Counted from the first letter of the stretch, positions 1-9,113 are shown. The stretch is DNA of 32,000 nt from Candidatus Saccharimonadota bacterium (GCA_001761425.1 CP012986.1:390001-422000); one strand, 5' to 3'. Numbers and translations are program-made. The notes: generated by a model from the sequence alone, not told the origin.

Positions 1-291
1 TGCGGCCAATGTGAAAGTAGATCTTCTGTTTCCTATGCTGCTTCCAGTCCAGTTGTAAGGATAATCGTTTTCTCGTGAGAAAGAAACTGTTTCACTGGTT
101 ATATTGTAGGTTCTGAGCTGTACTTCGCCTTCCTGTTGAAGTCTCTGGAACGATTCTGTGTTTTTTACTGCTTCGAGGCCTTCAGACTCTGAAGCTCCGC
201 CACCAGCTAAAAGGTAGAATCCAAGGCCTCCGATAAGGATTAGTGCTAGAAGTACAGGTATTACAGGGATGGTTAACTCTCCTTTCTCCAT
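1..291 (-). CDS. Hypothetical membrane-anchored protein; only the N-terminal part is in the window (the gene runs off the window start)
   Basis: Hand translation of the minus strand from ATG (complement of 289-291) gives MEKGELTIPVIPVLLALILIGGLGFYLLAGGGASESEGLEAVKNTESFQRLQQEGEV... The frame stays open to position 1 and has one N-terminal hydrophobic helix. It is absent from the ORF track because it is edge-truncated. Confidence 0.5.
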   Translation of the reverse strand, partial: MEKGELTIPVIPVLLALILIGGLGFYLLAGGGASESEGLEAVKNTESFQRLQQEGEVQLRTYNITSETVSFSRENDYPYNWTGSSIGNRRSTFTLAA

Positions 292-439
292 AGATACAGG
301 TTCTGTGAACTCGTTAAAAAACCTGGCGGATTTTCCTGCAGAGGCCTTTTTTTGACCTTGAGGAATGCAATATTTTGTTTTACTGGAACTTTGCTTTTAG
401 TCTGAAATGAGTATTTTTTAGGTAGGAGGTGGAAGAAAG

Positions 440-946
440 ATGACAGAGATAAAAACTGCTCATGACCTGTTTGTCCACAACCTGAAATCTATTTATTACC
501 TTGAACAGAGGCTTCGGGATGAGCTGGATGGTCTGGCAGGTGAGGTCACTAATGATGATCTGGCGGAGGCTCTCCAGGAACACAGGAGGGAAACTGTGGA
601 TCAGGTGGAGAGACTTGAAAAAGTGTTTGAGAAACTGGGTGAGGAGATAGAAGGCCACCGTGCTGCCGATTTCCACGGCCATTTCAGGGAGATAAAACAG
701 CTGAACGAGGATATCTACGAGACAGATATGCTTAACATCGCCTTCCTTGATGCAGCGATAAAAACAGAGCAGATGGAGATAACCACCTACAACAGCCTGA
801 TCAGGATAGTCGATGACCTGGCAGTAGACGACGATATAGAGAATCTTCTGAAAGACAATCTCCGGGAGGAGAAAGAAGCTCTCGAAAAACTCAGGAAACT
901 CGCCGGTGAAACATGGTTCAGCAAGATAGTAAAAAGCCTTACCTAG
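440..946 (+). CDS. Ferritin-like DUF892 (YciE/YciF family) protein
   Basis: 168-aa ORF. The N-terminus LFVHNLKSIYYLEQ, followed by AIKTEQMEITTYNSLI, matches the four-helix-bundle YciE/YciF pattern. A GGAGGTG Shine-Dalgarno-like motif lies about 8 nt upstream. Confidence 0.8.
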   Translation: MTEIKTAHDLFVHNLKSIYYLEQRLRDELDGLAGEVTNDDLAEALQEHRRETVDQVERLEKVFEKLGEEIEGHRAADFHGHFREIKQLNEDIYETDMLNIAFLDAAIKTEQMEITTYNSLIRIVDDLAVDDDIENLLKDNLREEKEALEKLRKLAGETWFSKIVKSLT

Positions 947-1018
947 CAGAAAAACCTGGAGAATCATATCTTGGACTTAAACTCGAAAAAACTTTTTCCG
1001 TTAACCGAGTTGAAAAGT

Positions 1019-1090
1019 TGCGGCGTCGGGGATTTGAACCCCGGTTACGCGCATGGCAAGCACGTGTCTTAGCCACTGGACCAACGCCGC
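1019..1090 (-). tRNA. tRNA-Gly (anticodon GCC), no intron, no encoded CCA
   Basis: The reverse complement reads GCGGCGT-TG-GTCC-AGTGGCTA-AGAC-A-CGTGC-TTGCCAT-GCGCG-TAAC-CGGGG-TTCAAAT-CCCCG-ACGCCGC-A. It folds into a full cloverleaf with a 7-bp acceptor stem, a GTTCAAATC T-loop and a TTGCCAT anticodon loop. Confidence 0.92.
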
Positions 1091-1110
1091 TTAGGATCAC
1101 TCTCTTACTG

Positions 1111-1118
1111 TATAATAA
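1111..1118 (-). promoter_or_regulatory. TATA-like box (TTATTATA on the minus strand) about 24 nt upstream of the tRNA-Gly 5' end
   Basis: A/T-rich octamer at the canonical archaeal -26 region relative to the mature tRNA 5' end at 1090. Confidence 0.45.
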
Positions 1119-1247
1119 GTCAGTCGAAAGTTCCTGGTAACTACATTCACAATGTTTGGTTATTTTCTTAAATAGCTATGATTTCTGTGGAGGCCTTGAA
1201 TTTTTCAGGTTCCACATTTTTGAAGTTTGGAAGATAACGTTTGAGTT

Positions 1248-1709
1248 ATGGAAGATAAAAGTCCGGAGATGGATGATGAGGCACGGAAGGATTTCCTTGT
1301 TGACAGGGCGAAAGAAGCTATCGAACACCAGCTTGAAACCGGAGACGACCCTTTCGAGGAGGAGAGGCCTCAGAGACCTGAATTAAATACAAAGAGGAAC
1401 AGCCTCGATGAGAAAGTCGAGCAGAAGGCCTCAAAGAAGACCTCCGGTGAGTGGAGTATGGAGGAGATCAAGTTTCTGAAGAACAACCGATCCGAGATGA
1501 GCAATGAGGAGATGGAAGAGTTTATGAACAAAGAATCTGAGCTTCACGAGGTTGACTGGGAGCCTTTCTCACGTTCACAGGAGCGTTATCTTATCCAGGC
1601 CTACCAGACCTCTGATCTGGAAGAGCTGGCGGAGCAAATGGATCGCATCGAGAAAGTTCTGGACCTGAAGCTCAGGATGATGGGCCTCGAAGTGCCGGAG
1701 GCAGAATAG
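1248..1709 (+). CDS. Acidic hypothetical protein, in frame with and 3 nt upstream of nop5 (possible split or read-through N-terminal part of Nop5)
   Basis: 153-aa ORF ending in TAG at 1707-1709. Next come GCC and then the nop5 ATG at 1713, in the same reading frame ((1713-1248)/3 = 155). An ATTTTTGA TATA-like element at 1216-1223 lies about 28 nt upstream of the ATG. Confidence 0.6.
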   Translation: MEDKSPEMDDEARKDFLVDRAKEAIEHQLETGDDPFEEERPQRPELNTKRNSLDEKVEQKASKKTSGEWSMEEIKFLKNNRSEMSNEEMEEFMNKESELHEVDWEPFSRSQERYLIQAYQTSDLEELAEQMDRIEKVLDLKLRMMGLEVPEAE

Positions 1710-1712
1710 GCC

Positions 1713-2459
1713 ATGGATAAAGAGAAACTGCGTGAAAAAGCTCTTTCGGACACTAAGGAGGAGCTAAGAAGCGAAGTTGACAGGGACAGGATTCTTGTCA
1801 AGGCGGTCAAACAGCTCGATCAGCTAAATGATAATATAAACACTGAAGTTGAGAGGTTGAGGGACTGGTATTCTCTGCATTTTCCTGAACTGGATGAAGA
1901 GATCAGCGACAACGAACATTTTGTCAAGATACTGTCCAGAGGTATCAACAGAAACGAATTAGAGGCCTTTTCCGATATGGCAGCTGCTTCGACAGGGATG
2001 GAATTGACTGAGGAAGATGAAAAAATGATTGAGGACATGGTAAAGTCCATCTCGGACAGGATGAAGCTCAGAGACCAGATAGAGAACTACGTAAGTAATG
2101 GGGTAAAAGAGGAGATGTCGAATCTCTCTAAACTTCTTGATCCGCTCCTTGCAGCAAGGCTTGTAGGCCTGGCAGGAAGCCTCGATGATCTGGCGAAGAA
2201 GCCCGCTTCGACTGTGCAGATGCTCGGCGCAGAAAAGGCCTTGTTCCGCTATCTACGTGGGAACGGCACGCCTCCAAAACACGGAATCATATTCGAACAC
2301 GAGTTTGTGAACCAGCTTCCTGAAGACAGTAGAGGGAAGATGGCGCGTTTCCTGGCGAACAAGGCCTCGATCGCGGCAAGACTGGATAATTACGGCGACA
2401 AGGAGAAGGGAGAACAGCTCAGAGAGGAATGTCGTGAAAAGTTCCAGACTCTGAAGTAA
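1713..2459 (+). CDS. nop5: Box C/D RNP core protein Nop5 (Nop56/58): coiled-coil, NOSIC and Nop domains only
   Basis: Contains LRDWYSLHFPEL (NOSIC) and LAKKPASTVQMLGAEKALFRYLRGNGTPPKHGIIF (Nop domain signature). At 248 aa it is shorter than the roughly 400 aa typical of archaeal Nop5. It sits immediately upstream of fibrillarin, as in other archaea. Confidence 0.9.
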   Translation: MDKEKLREKALSDTKEELRSEVDRDRILVKAVKQLDQLNDNINTEVERLRDWYSLHFPELDEEISDNEHFVKILSRGINRNELEAFSDMAAASTGMELTEEDEKMIEDMVKSISDRMKLRDQIENYVSNGVKEEMSNLSKLLDPLLAARLVGLAGSLDDLAKKPASTVQMLGAEKALFRYLRGNGTPPKHGIIFEHEFVNQLPEDSRGKMARFLANKASIAARLDNYGDKEKGEQLREECREKFQTLK

Positions 2460-2462
2460 GTG

Positions 2463-3116
2463 ATGAAGATGGAAGAGATACAGCCAGGGATCTACGAACG
2501 TAACGGGAAAATATATACGAGAAACGCTGATCCAGGTAAAAAAGTCTACGGCGAAGGCCTTTTACAGGTCGGAGATGTGGAGTATCGGCGCTGGGAGGCC
2601 TCACGGTCTAAAGCCGGTGCTGCTGTCCGGAAAGGCATGGATCTGGGACTTGAACAGGATGATTTTGTGCTTTACCTGGGTGCTGCTTCAGGTACTACTG
2701 TAAGTCATTTTTCCGATATCCTTGAGGAAGGCTTTGTTCTAGGCGTTGAGTACTCTGATACTGTTATCAGAGGCCTTGTTGAGCTGTCTGAGCGACGGGA
2801 TAATATCGCTCCTTTTCTTGGTGATGCGCGGAAACCAGGGGAGTACAGCGAGTATGTGGATGAGGCTGATATGGTTTTCCAGGATATCTCTCAGAGGGAT
2901 CAGGCAGAGATGTTCCTGAAGAACTGTGAAAAATTCCTGAGAGAAGGTGGTAAAGGCCTTCTGGCTGTCAAGGCTCGTTCTATTTCGTCTTCAAAGGATA
3001 AGAAAGAGATATTTGGTGATGTCCGCGGTAAGGTCTCTGAAGAGTTTGAGATAGTTGATGAGACCGAACTTGATCCTTATGAGAAGGAGCATCTGGTATT
3101 AAAAATTGAAGGATAG
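2463..3116 (+). CDS. flpA: Fibrillarin, rRNA/tRNA 2'-O-methyltransferase
   Basis: Contains VLYLGAASGTTVSHFSDI (SAM-binding motif I) and FQDISQRDQAEM. It is adjacent to nop5. The track starts at GTG 2460; the first ATG is at 2463. Confidence 0.92.
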   Translation: MKMEEIQPGIYERNGKIYTRNADPGKKVYGEGLLQVGDVEYRRWEASRSKAGAAVRKGMDLGLEQDDFVLYLGAASGTTVSHFSDILEEGFVLGVEYSDTVIRGLVELSERRDNIAPFLGDARKPGEYSEYVDEADMVFQDISQRDQAEMFLKNCEKFLREGGKGLLAVKARSISSSKDKKEIFGDVRGKVSEEFEIVDETELDPYEKEHLVLKIEG

Positions 3117-3121
3117 GGATT

Positions 3122-3328
3122 TCATGGAGTTATCCTTGGTATAAAGCTCCAAGGAGATTCTCCCGTGCTCTCAACGTACCCGTGTCCGTCAGTGTATTCA
3201 GGACTGGTACAGCACTCCGCTTTCTGGTTCATTTTGTATGCGCTCCCAAGTACGGCGTGTTTCATCGGTAAAATGTTTTGCTCCACTTTCTCCCCGCAGT
3301 TTTCACATCTAAAAGATACTTCTTTCAT
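3122..3328 (-). CDS. Small hypothetical Cys-containing protein (CxxC ... CC)
   Basis: 68-aa ORF beginning MKEVSFRCENCGEKV. I recognise no family; it is supported only by ORF length and a zinc-ribbon-like N-terminus. Confidence 0.35.
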   Translation of the reverse strand: MKEVSFRCENCGEKVEQNILPMKHAVLGSAYKMNQKAECCTSPEYTDGHGYVESTGESPWSFIPRITP

Positions 3329-3501
3329 CCCTCTTCTCCCCCTGTTCCAATGTTAGTTTCACCGGCCTTATAATCAAATGGCCACTGTGCCACAACTTCC
3401 GGTAGAAAATTTTTCTCCAAACCCGGTTACAAAAAATCCTGAACCGAGGAAGACAGGGGGGCAAAGCTTGAAAGCGCGGTAGTAGAGCGGTGGAAGGTTT
3501 T

Positions 3502-4254
3502 TCAGGCGTTGATTTCTTTAGCCCAGTCGTAGCCTTCGTTCTCCAGTTTTTCCGCTAGTTCTGCTCCGCCTGATTCCACGATCTTTCCATCGACCATGAC
3601 ATGGACTCTGTCAGGTTCGACGTAGTCCAGGATTCTCTGGTAATGTGTTATCATCAGGATTCCCTGATTTTCATCTGCCAGTTCATTGATTCCTTTCGCC
3701 ACCACTTTCAATGCGTCGATGTCGAGGCCTGAATCAATCTCATCCAGGATAGCGTACTTTGGCTGGAGAACAGCCATCTGAAGGATCTCATTTCTCTTTT
3801 TCTCTCCGCCTGAGAATCCTTCGTTCAGGTATCTGCGAGCGTATTCTTCTTCCATGTCAAGAAGCTCAAGTTTTTCCCTGAGAAGTTCGTTGAACTCGCT
3901 CTGAGGCATGGCTTCTTCTCCTTCCTCTTCTCTTCTGGCATCAATTGCTTCCTTCAGGAACTCCGCTACAGTTATACCGGAGATCTCCGCAGGATACTGG
4001 AAACCAAGGAAAAGGCCTTCACGTGCTCTTTCATCAGTTTCCTCGTCTGTAACGTTTTCTCCGTCTACGAGGATTTTTCCTCCGTCGATACTGTATACAG
4101 GGTTGCCCATTAGTGATTTGCAGAGAGTGCTTTTTCCTGAGCCGTTTGGCCCCATAATTGCGTGGATCTCTCCAGGCTCAATCTCCAGGGACACCTCCCT
4201 AACAATTTCTTCATCTTCGACGGAAACCTCCAAGTTTTCAACTTCAAGAGTCAT
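3502..4254 (-). CDS. sufC: Fe-S cluster assembly ATPase SufC
   Basis: Walker A GPNGSGKST, ABC signature FSGGEKKR and Walker B AILDEIDSGLD; the length is typical of SufC. Confidence 0.95.
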   Translation of the reverse strand: MTLEVENLEVSVEDEEIVREVSLEIEPGEIHAIMGPNGSGKSTLCKSLMGNPVYSIDGGKILVDGENVTDEETDERAREGLFLGFQYPAEISGITVAEFLKEAIDARREEEGEEAMPQSEFNELLREKLELLDMEEEYARRYLNEGFSGGEKKRNEILQMAVLQPKYAILDEIDSGLDIDALKVVAKGINELADENQGILMITHYQRILDYVEPDRVHVMVDGKIVESGGAELAEKLENEGYDWAKEINA

Positions 4255-4317
4255 TTGAAGACGCCTCTGTGTTTTCTGCGTATCGATAAACTCTGTTTGA
4301 GTTTGGACTCATACAGT

Positions 4318-4331
4318 TTAGGTGTGCCTAA
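4318..4331. promoter_or_regulatory. Palindrome TTAGG-TGTG-CCTAA (extended TTTAGG-N4-CCTAAA) upstream of sufC
   Basis: Perfect inverted repeat 64-77 nt upstream of the sufC ATG, abutting an A/T-rich stretch. The same arms occur upstream of sufD and sufB. Confidence 0.55.
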
Positions 4332-4358
4332 AATTTCTTAAGGCCGTTGGCTTGGACT

Positions 4359-4988
4359 TTACTTCTCGCCCCGGGTCTCTTCCCTGAAACGCTCAACAAA
4401 CTTCTCCACGTAGTCATGTCTTCCCCCGGCGACCTCAAGGCCTGAATCCGTATACATCCTGTCTTTCAGGTTCAGGATCTTTTTCTGTAAATGGTTGAAA
4501 GAGTTGCTACCGCCCTCTTCTTCGTCTTTTTCAGCCGGCAGGTCTGGATCAGCGATAATTCTTTCATATTCTCCACCGTAGGTAAAAGTTCTTGCGATAC
4601 CTGTTGCACCCAGTGCGTCAAGGTTATCAGCGTCCGATAGAACTTCTGCCTCCAGCGTATCCGGCTCAGGACTCTTTGAGTACCTGTGACTCCTGATGCA
4701 GTGTTTTACGTTTTCTACGAACTCCTGATTATACTCAAGGCCTCCGAGTATCTCTCCTGCTTTCTCCGCACCCCACTCGGAGTGATCATTGATCTTGCCG
4801 TCATCCTCCTTTTCTCTTCCGATGTCATGGAGTAGAACAGAGGCCTTCACCACTTTTTTATCAGCATTTTCTTTCTCTGCCAGTTTTTCCGCCAGGTTTT
4901 CCACTCTTCTGACGTGTTTCCAGTCGTGTGCAGGGTCGACGTTCCCGAAAAATTTTTTGGCCTCCGTTCTGATCTTTTCCATACTCAT
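4359..4988 (-). CDS. HD-domain metal-dependent phosphohydrolase
   Basis: Contains HVRRV...LLHDIGR (the H...HD motif) and a later DADNLDALG. Its ATG overlaps the stop of the upstream Nudix gene (ATGA). Confidence 0.85.
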   Translation of the reverse strand: MSMEKIRTEAKKFFGNVDPAHDWKHVRRVENLAEKLAEKENADKKVVKASVLLHDIGREKEDDGKINDHSEWGAEKAGEILGGLEYNQEFVENVKHCIRSHRYSKSPEPDTLEAEVLSDADNLDALGATGIARTFTYGGEYERIIADPDLPAEKDEEEGGSNSFNHLQKKILNLKDRMYTDSGLEVAGGRHDYVEKFVERFREETRGEK

Positions 4989-5428
4989 CTGTAGTCTTTC
5001 ACCGTTTCCAGGCCTTGTATTTTTCCTTTTTCCGCGTTTTCGATAGCTCTGATTATGAAAGGCGTTCTCAAATCCATATCTTTGATCTCGTGTTTTGAAA
5101 AGAAACCTGTCTTCAGGATTTCTTCCTCATCTTCCGGCTTCAGGATGTAGTCTTCCTTCACTTCTGTGTAGAAGACGATGATGATAACTGTTGCATCCAG
5201 GTAATCGCTTTGGTCGAAGAATACTCCTGCGAGGCCTTCGGGCTTTATTTCAAGGCCTGTTTCTTCAAGTGCTTCTCTTTCAGCAGCTTTCTTTGGATTT
5301 TCTTCTTTTTCTATACTTCCTGCCGGTACGTTCCACTGTCCTCTGACGTGTTCCTTTCCTTCCTGGACTAATGCGTATTCTCCGTCTTTTTCTATCAGGT
5401 TTCCGGCGACAAGGTGGTAATCTGGCAT
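4985..5428 (-). CDS. NUDIX hydrolase
   Basis: The Nudix box GSIEKEENPKKAAEREALEETGL fits GX5EX7REUXEEXGU. Confidence 0.85.
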   Translation of the reverse strand: MPDYHLVAGNLIEKDGEYALVQEGKEHVRGQWNVPAGSIEKEENPKKAAEREALEETGLEIKPEGLAGVFFDQSDYLDATVIIIVFYTEVKEDYILKPEDEEEILKTGFFSKHEIKDMDLRTPFIIRAIENAEKGKIQGLETVKDYR

Positions 5429-5437
5429 TTCAGAAAT

Positions 5438-5803
5438 TTATTCTTTCAGGGCTTCCTGTATGGTTTTGACTGGGAGCATGGCGCATTTGATTCTCATAGG
5501 TGATAGGTCTATTTCGAGTTCGTTCTGTACCCAGTCGCTGTCGAGGCCTTTCACTTCTTCTGTGCTCATGCCTACTAGTCTGTTTGAGAGGATGCTTGTG
5601 GAGGCTGTTGAGATTGCGCATCCGTCTGTTTCGTGTTTGATTTCTTTGATTTCCCCATTTTCTATTTTCAGGTAGATATCGGTTTCGTCTCCGCAGCTGG
5701 GGTTTTTTCCTTCGCTCTCTACACCTTCTTGTTCAAGTTTTCCCTCGTTTCGAGGCCTTTTTGAGTGATCCAGTATTTCTTCTCTATACATGTCTAGACA
5801 CAT
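5438..5803 (-). CDS. sufU: SufU-type Fe-S scaffold / sulfur-transfer protein (IscU/NifU N-terminal-like)
   Basis: Contains NPSCGDE, DGCAISTASTS and RIKCAML, which are the three conserved Cys plus Asp of SufU. It lies directly downstream of sufS. Confidence 0.85.
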   Translation of the reverse strand: MCLDMYREEILDHSKRPRNEGKLEQEGVESEGKNPSCGDETDIYLKIENGEIKEIKHETDGCAISTASTSILSNRLVGMSTEEVKGLDSDWVQNELEIDLSPMRIKCAMLPVKTIQEALKE

Positions 5804-5844
5804 CCGTGTTTCTGTGAATCTGAAATTCTTTGAGTTTCTTCATC

Positions 5845-7041
5845 TTAGAATACCTTTTTGACTTTTTTGACTGCTTGGAGGAATTCTTCAACTTCTTCTT
5901 CTGTGTTGTAGAAGTAAGGTGAGGCCCTGACTGTTCCGGCAAGGTCCAGTTCCTGGTGCTGTGGTTGTGCGCAGTGGTGTCCAGCACGGACTGCTACTGC
6001 CTCGGTGTTAAGCACTTCTGCGACGTCGTGTGGATGTGCTTCTTCCATTGTGAATGAGACTACGGAAGGTATTTCATCTTCCGGTGCGTGAATCTCTACT
6101 CCTGAGATCTCTTTGAGGCCTTCGATCATCATCTTGTTCAGCTTTCGTTCATGCTGGTCGATGTCTGCGAGGCCTATGGACTCCAGGTACTCGGCCGCTT
6201 TCGCAAGGCCTATGGCTCCTGCGATGTTGGGTGTGCCGGCTTCGAACTTGTCGGGTACTTCTCCGTATTTTACTTCGTCTTCTTCCACTGTTTCGATCAT
6301 TCCGCCTCCTACAAGGAGCGGATCCATATCTTCCAGGAGTTCTTTCTTACCGTATACTGCTCCTGTACCTGTTGGTCCACACATTTTGTGACCTGAGAAT
6401 CCGAGGAAATCGATATCCATCTTCTTCACGTCCACCGGTATACGCGGGACGGACTGTGCTCCATCGACAAATATGTATGCACCGTTTTCATGAGCGATCT
6501 CCGCTAGTTCTTCGATCGGGTTGCGACACCCGAACACGTTTGAGATATGGGTTACAGAAACCAGGGCTGTGTCTTCGTCGATTATTTCTCTCGCATCTTC
6601 CATATCCAGCTTGCCCTCGTGCGTCGGAAGGAACTCCAGTTCAAGGCCTTCCTCTTCCGCTTTCCTTCTCCATGGGAGCTGTTCGCTGTGATGAGACATT
6701 TTAGGTACAGCGATCTTGCCGTCAAGGTCAAGGCCTTCCGCAACTATGTTTATTGATTCTGTGGTGTTTCTCGTAAATATTATCTCGTCTTTTTCCGCAC
6801 CGACGAAGTCTGCGACTGTCGCTCTTGCGTTTTCGTAGGCTACTGTGGCTTTGTTGGCGAGCTTGTGAAGGCTTCGACCTTCGTTAGAGTTTTCCTCCCT
6901 GTAGAATTTTTCTATTCTTTCAAGCACCTGTTCTGGTGTATGGGTAGTTGCTGCGTTATCGAAGTAGACTATCTGTTTTCCGTCGCTTTCTTCCTGTAGA
7001 ACAGGAAAGTCTTCCCTGTAGTTTTCGGGGTTGATCGCCAT
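5845..7041 (-). CDS. sufS: Cysteine desulfurase SufS (class V aminotransferase)
   Basis: Contains FSGHKMCGPTGTGAVYG (PLP-lysine region) and RAGHHCAQP (catalytic Cys loop); 398 aa. Confidence 0.9.
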   Translation of the reverse strand: MAINPENYREDFPVLQEESDGKQIVYFDNAATTHTPEQVLERIEKFYREENSNEGRSLHKLANKATVAYENARATVADFVGAEKDEIIFTRNTTESINIVAEGLDLDGKIAVPKMSHHSEQLPWRRKAEEEGLELEFLPTHEGKLDMEDAREIIDEDTALVSVTHISNVFGCRNPIEELAEIAHENGAYIFVDGAQSVPRIPVDVKKMDIDFLGFSGHKMCGPTGTGAVYGKKELLEDMDPLLVGGGMIETVEEDEVKYGEVPDKFEAGTPNIAGAIGLAKAAEYLESIGLADIDQHERKLNKMMIEGLKEISGVEIHAPEDEIPSVVSFTMEEAHPHDVAEVLNTEAVAVRAGHHCAQPQHQELDLAGTVRASPYFYNTEEEVEEFLQAVKKVKKVF

Positions 7042-7175
7042 AAAATATCCTATTCCTCCATCTGGTCATTTGAACCTTTCTGTTAAAAACTTACCTTGAA
7101 CCCTGTATACAATCAGTTTTTTCGTTGTAGGCCTTCAAAGACTCTGCGACAGTTTTTTCAGGCTTTGAGGCCTTT

Positions 7176-8633
7176 TCAGCGGTCTCTGCCTGTGTTTTTT
7201 TCTTTGTCTGTAACTGTCTGTCTCCAGGTTCCTCTCTGGTACCAGAGGTAGGCAATGGTTGCTCCTGCGATGTTTGATATTGCGAATGCGGTCCAGACTC
7301 CTGTCTCTCCGATGTTGATCGAGCCTATATACGCTATTGGAAGCCTGATAAGGCCTAGGGTTGCGATGGAGATTACTGCTGCGGTGACAGTTTTTCCTGC
7401 GCCTCTGAAGCTTCCGTTGTAGCTTCTCAGGATGCCGATGAATCCAAAGCTGAATGCGACGTAGCGGAGGAACTCTGCACCGGTGTTTGCGATCAGTGCG
7501 CTGTTTTCCTGTCCTGATGCAATGAATACGGATGCTATGTCTTCTGCAAAGATGAAGGTTAGTATTCCGAGGAATGTCAGGATCAGGAACGAGTATTTCG
7601 CGCCTTCTCTAGCTGTTTCGCCAGCTCTTTCGAAGTTTCTGGCTCCGAGGTTCTGGCCTGTCATTGATTCGACTCCTCTGCCGACTGCTGAGGCCGGTAG
7701 GAAGATCATAGAGAATATTCTGATTCCTATTCCGAATCCTGCGATGATAGGGCCTGCGAAGGTCCAGCCGACGACTGCTGTCAGTGCGTTGACTGAGATG
7801 GAGCGGCCTGCGCCTTCGACTGTGGCCGGTATCCCGATTGCCATCATTTTCTTGAAGAAGCTGAAGTCAGGTCCCATCTCGCTGAGTGAGATTTCTGGGC
7901 CTCTGAGGCCTTTGAACAGGAGGGTTATTCCTATGCAGAGGGAGAATGTTCTTGCAAGTACTGTGGCGACTGCGGCTCCTTCTACGCCCATCTCAGGGAT
8001 GATCCACCAGCCGAAGATGAACAAGGGATCGATTATGATGTTCAAAATCACTGTTCCCAGCATCAGTAGCATGGGTGTGACTGTGTCTCCGAATCCTCGC
8101 ATCAGTGACTGGAAGACCAGGAATCCGAACATTGAGAAAAGGCCTATCGAGATAATCTGCAGATATCCTGAGGCTGAGGCTGCGACAGCTCCTTTCGCGC
8201 CCAGAAGGCCTACGATGTCGCCGATGAAGAAGTAGCCGAAAATGCCCAGTACAACTGAGGCCAGGGCGGAGAAGGCGATGGTCTGGGACGCTGCATAGTC
8301 TCTTTTTTCTGGTTTGCCTGATCCCTCGAACTGTGCTACGAGAACGCTTCCTGCTACTGCGAGGCCCATTCCCAGCGAGATCAGGAAGAATACGAGTGGG
8401 AAGGCGAATGTTATTGCTGTCAAGGCCTCTCCGCTGTACTGTCCTAGCCAGAAAGTATCTGCCAGGTTGTAGGCTGTCTGTAAGAGGTTGATGACGATGA
8501 CAGGCAGTGACAGGTAGAATAAGTTTTTGCCTACAGGCCCGTTCAGTAGATCCAGCTCTTCTTTGGACTTGAACTGGTTTTTGAACCAGTTTAAGGCGGT
8601 TGCTGGTCTTTCGCTGATTTTACCTAGGTCCAT
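7176..8633 (-). CDS. MATE family efflux transporter
   Basis: 485 aa with about 12 hydrophobic segments. The N-terminal LSLPVIVINLLQTAYNLADTFWLG is typical of MATE/NorM proteins. Confidence 0.88.
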   Translation of the reverse strand: MDLGKISERPATALNWFKNQFKSKEELDLLNGPVGKNLFYLSLPVIVINLLQTAYNLADTFWLGQYSGEALTAITFAFPLVFFLISLGMGLAVAGSVLVAQFEGSGKPEKRDYAASQTIAFSALASVVLGIFGYFFIGDIVGLLGAKGAVAASASGYLQIISIGLFSMFGFLVFQSLMRGFGDTVTPMLLMLGTVILNIIIDPLFIFGWWIIPEMGVEGAAVATVLARTFSLCIGITLLFKGLRGPEISLSEMGPDFSFFKKMMAIGIPATVEGAGRSISVNALTAVVGWTFAGPIIAGFGIGIRIFSMIFLPASAVGRGVESMTGQNLGARNFERAGETAREGAKYSFLILTFLGILTFIFAEDIASVFIASGQENSALIANTGAEFLRYVAFSFGFIGILRSYNGSFRGAGKTVTAAVISIATLGLIRLPIAYIGSINIGETGVWTAFAISNIAGATIAYLWYQRGTWRQTVTDKEKNTGRDR

Positions 8634-8723
8634 GGAAAAAGTCAGGTCTGAAAACTTAAAAGGTATATCGAATCGAAACAGGGTCTCGTACTGAATAAAA
8701 GATTCGGAGAAAAAACTAGGTCT

Positions 8724-9113
8724 ATGGGTAAAAAGATACCAGGCAAGGTCCTGGAATTCCTGGTTCTCCAGGCCTGTGATGAAGGCCCTACGTATGGCTA
8801 TGAAGTGGTCTCACGCATCGAGGAGATCACGGACGGGAACTGGAGTCCTAGCTACGGTACTATCTATCCGCTGATCCAGAGACTGGAAGAACAAGGTCTG
8901 GTTAAGTCTCTCAGTGATGAAGAGGCGGATAGAGAAGGCCTTGAGACCGGAGAAAGAAACTACTACACGATAACATCTGAAGGCGTTGAGAAGCTTGGTG
9001 ATATCTCACGTGAGAAGAAGGAAAAATTCGAGGATCTGGTCGCAGGCTATCTGAAAGTGTATGAGCATGTTCACGGTGAAAAAGAGCTTGGAGAGTTTCT
9101 AGAGAATTTCTGA
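8724..9113 (+). CDS. PadR family transcriptional regulator
   Basis: Contains GPTYGYEVVSRIEEITDGNWSPSYGTIYPLIQRLEEQGLV, a PadR winged-helix signature. It is divergent from the MATE gene, the classic regulator/efflux arrangement. Confidence 0.88.
   Translation: MGKKIPGKVLEFLVLQACDEGPTYGYEVVSRIEEITDGNWSPSYGTIYPLIQRLEEQGLVKSLSDEEADREGLETGERNYYTITSEGVEKLGDISREKKEKFEDLVAGYLKVYEHVHGEKELGEFLENF

Noticed and set aside
913-1140. A 75-aa plus-strand ORF.
   Set aside because: It runs straight through the tRNA-Gly gene on the opposite strand and overlaps the 3' end of the DUF892 gene. It has no supporting features.
7483-8235. A 250-aa plus-strand ORF inside the MATE transporter gene. Similar plus-strand ORFs lie at 6113-6756 inside sufS and at 17220-18144 (minus strand) inside the membrane protein gene.
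   Set aside because: Each is fully nested antisense to a gene with clear family signatures. Their compositions (P/S/R-rich or odd) are unlike the rest of the proteome.
8634-8723. The inverted repeat CGAATC-N26-GATTCG and the TCAG-gt-CTGA motif in the MATE/PadR divergent intergenic region, considered as a PadR operator.
   Set aside because: The arms are short, and the 26-nt spacer does not fit known PadR operators, which have short spacers. It is not distinguishable from chance by eye.
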